64,000 nucleotides of DNA from assembly GCA_051362555.1 (NCBI GenBank), contig CM120646.1, forward strand, positions 11,780,001-11,844,000, read 5' to 3'. Positions 63,396 to 64,000 of this stretch are shown here, piece by piece. Both the position numbers and the translations under genes were made by a program. The notes under the pieces are model-generated. The model did no database searches, was not told where the DNA came from, and saw only the letters and a list, made by a program, of their open reading frames with translations. Positions within the stretch are counted from its first letter, which is position 1, and the number at the start of each line of letters is the position of its first letter. Origin of the DNA: Lingula anatina. Lineage: Eukaryota; Animalia; Brachiopoda.

Positions 63396-63727
63396 CCCTT
63401 CCACACCAGCGTCCCCATTCACAGAATTTTGCGTCTTCGGGGCATCTTCCTTGCTGTCAGCATGATCCCGTTTATCACCCTCACTGGTGGCCGTGCCCTT
63501 GCTGAGACTGGTCTGAAGCGTTCTGCTGGCGCTGTTCTCCCTTTCGAACTTCTTCCCTGTACACTTGCAGACAAGACAGGACACCATGGAGAGAAAGCGT
63601 TGTCGGTACTGCTGATTCCAGATGACGTAGATGAAGAAGTTGATGGAGTAATTCGCTGACTCCAGTAACGAAGCGATCTCGCGATACACCTGGAATCCTG
63701 GTTCATCGGTCTCGAAAATTTTCCTGT
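63336..63727 (-). CDS. Last exon of a class A (rhodopsin-like) peptide GPCR, FMRFamide/sex-peptide-receptor-like (TM7 + C-tail); rest of gene beyond the window
   Basis: FQVYREIASLLESANYSINFFIYVIWNQQYRQRF is TM7 (NxSINFFIY) plus helix 8, followed by CLVCKC and a Ser/Thr-rich tail. Acceptor cttctctAG at 63729-63728 (alternative at 63725-63724). Confidence 0.85.
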
Positions 63728-64000
63728 CTAGAGAAGAAATATTAGTTACGTGTAGGTTGTTGGATTTGAAAGCAGGAAATTGACTGTTAGTACTTGCATA
63801 AAAAAGAACCATTATCTTAGCCAATTATGACACGATGGCAAATCTTGGAAATACATATGAGGAATGCCATCATGTAATTTGACTGCCATCAGGGATGCTT
63901 GCTAAGGTACCTGTTATTTAGACGTTTGGAGACGTCAAACATCCTTTTACTGGTTACAATTATTCAACTGTTAACATTTATTGAAATTGCTCAGATGATC

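Noticed and set aside
63728-63824. N-terminal part of ORF 63336..63824
   Set aside because: Lies upstream of the acceptor and lacks TM6 character; treated as intron.

Overview
AT-rich, intron-containing animal DNA, most likely a lophotrochozoan such as a mollusc (inferred from gene content only). Contents in order: (1) last exon of an engrailed gene on + (exon 1 apparently upstream of the window); (2) about 24 kb of gene-free DNA with motif-rich islands, MITEs and microsatellites; (3) a complete second engrailed paralog on -, tail-to-tail with the first; (4) divergent from it, a 5-exon AA15-type LPMO/chitin-binding gene with an intact reading frame in which both copper-binding histidines appear replaced by glutamine; (5) a 2.3 kb non-autonomous EnSpm/CACTA-like element; (6) ATXN7L3/Sgf11 on - with 11 coding exons; (7) an intronless MPEG1/perforin-2 followed by a tandem partial duplicate; (8) last exon of a class A peptide-type GPCR on -. 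The most interesting candidate is the Gln/Gln pseudo-LPMO and its position next to the engrailed pair. All exon models were assembled by hand from GT-AG sites, phase and remembered family motifs; no database searches were run.
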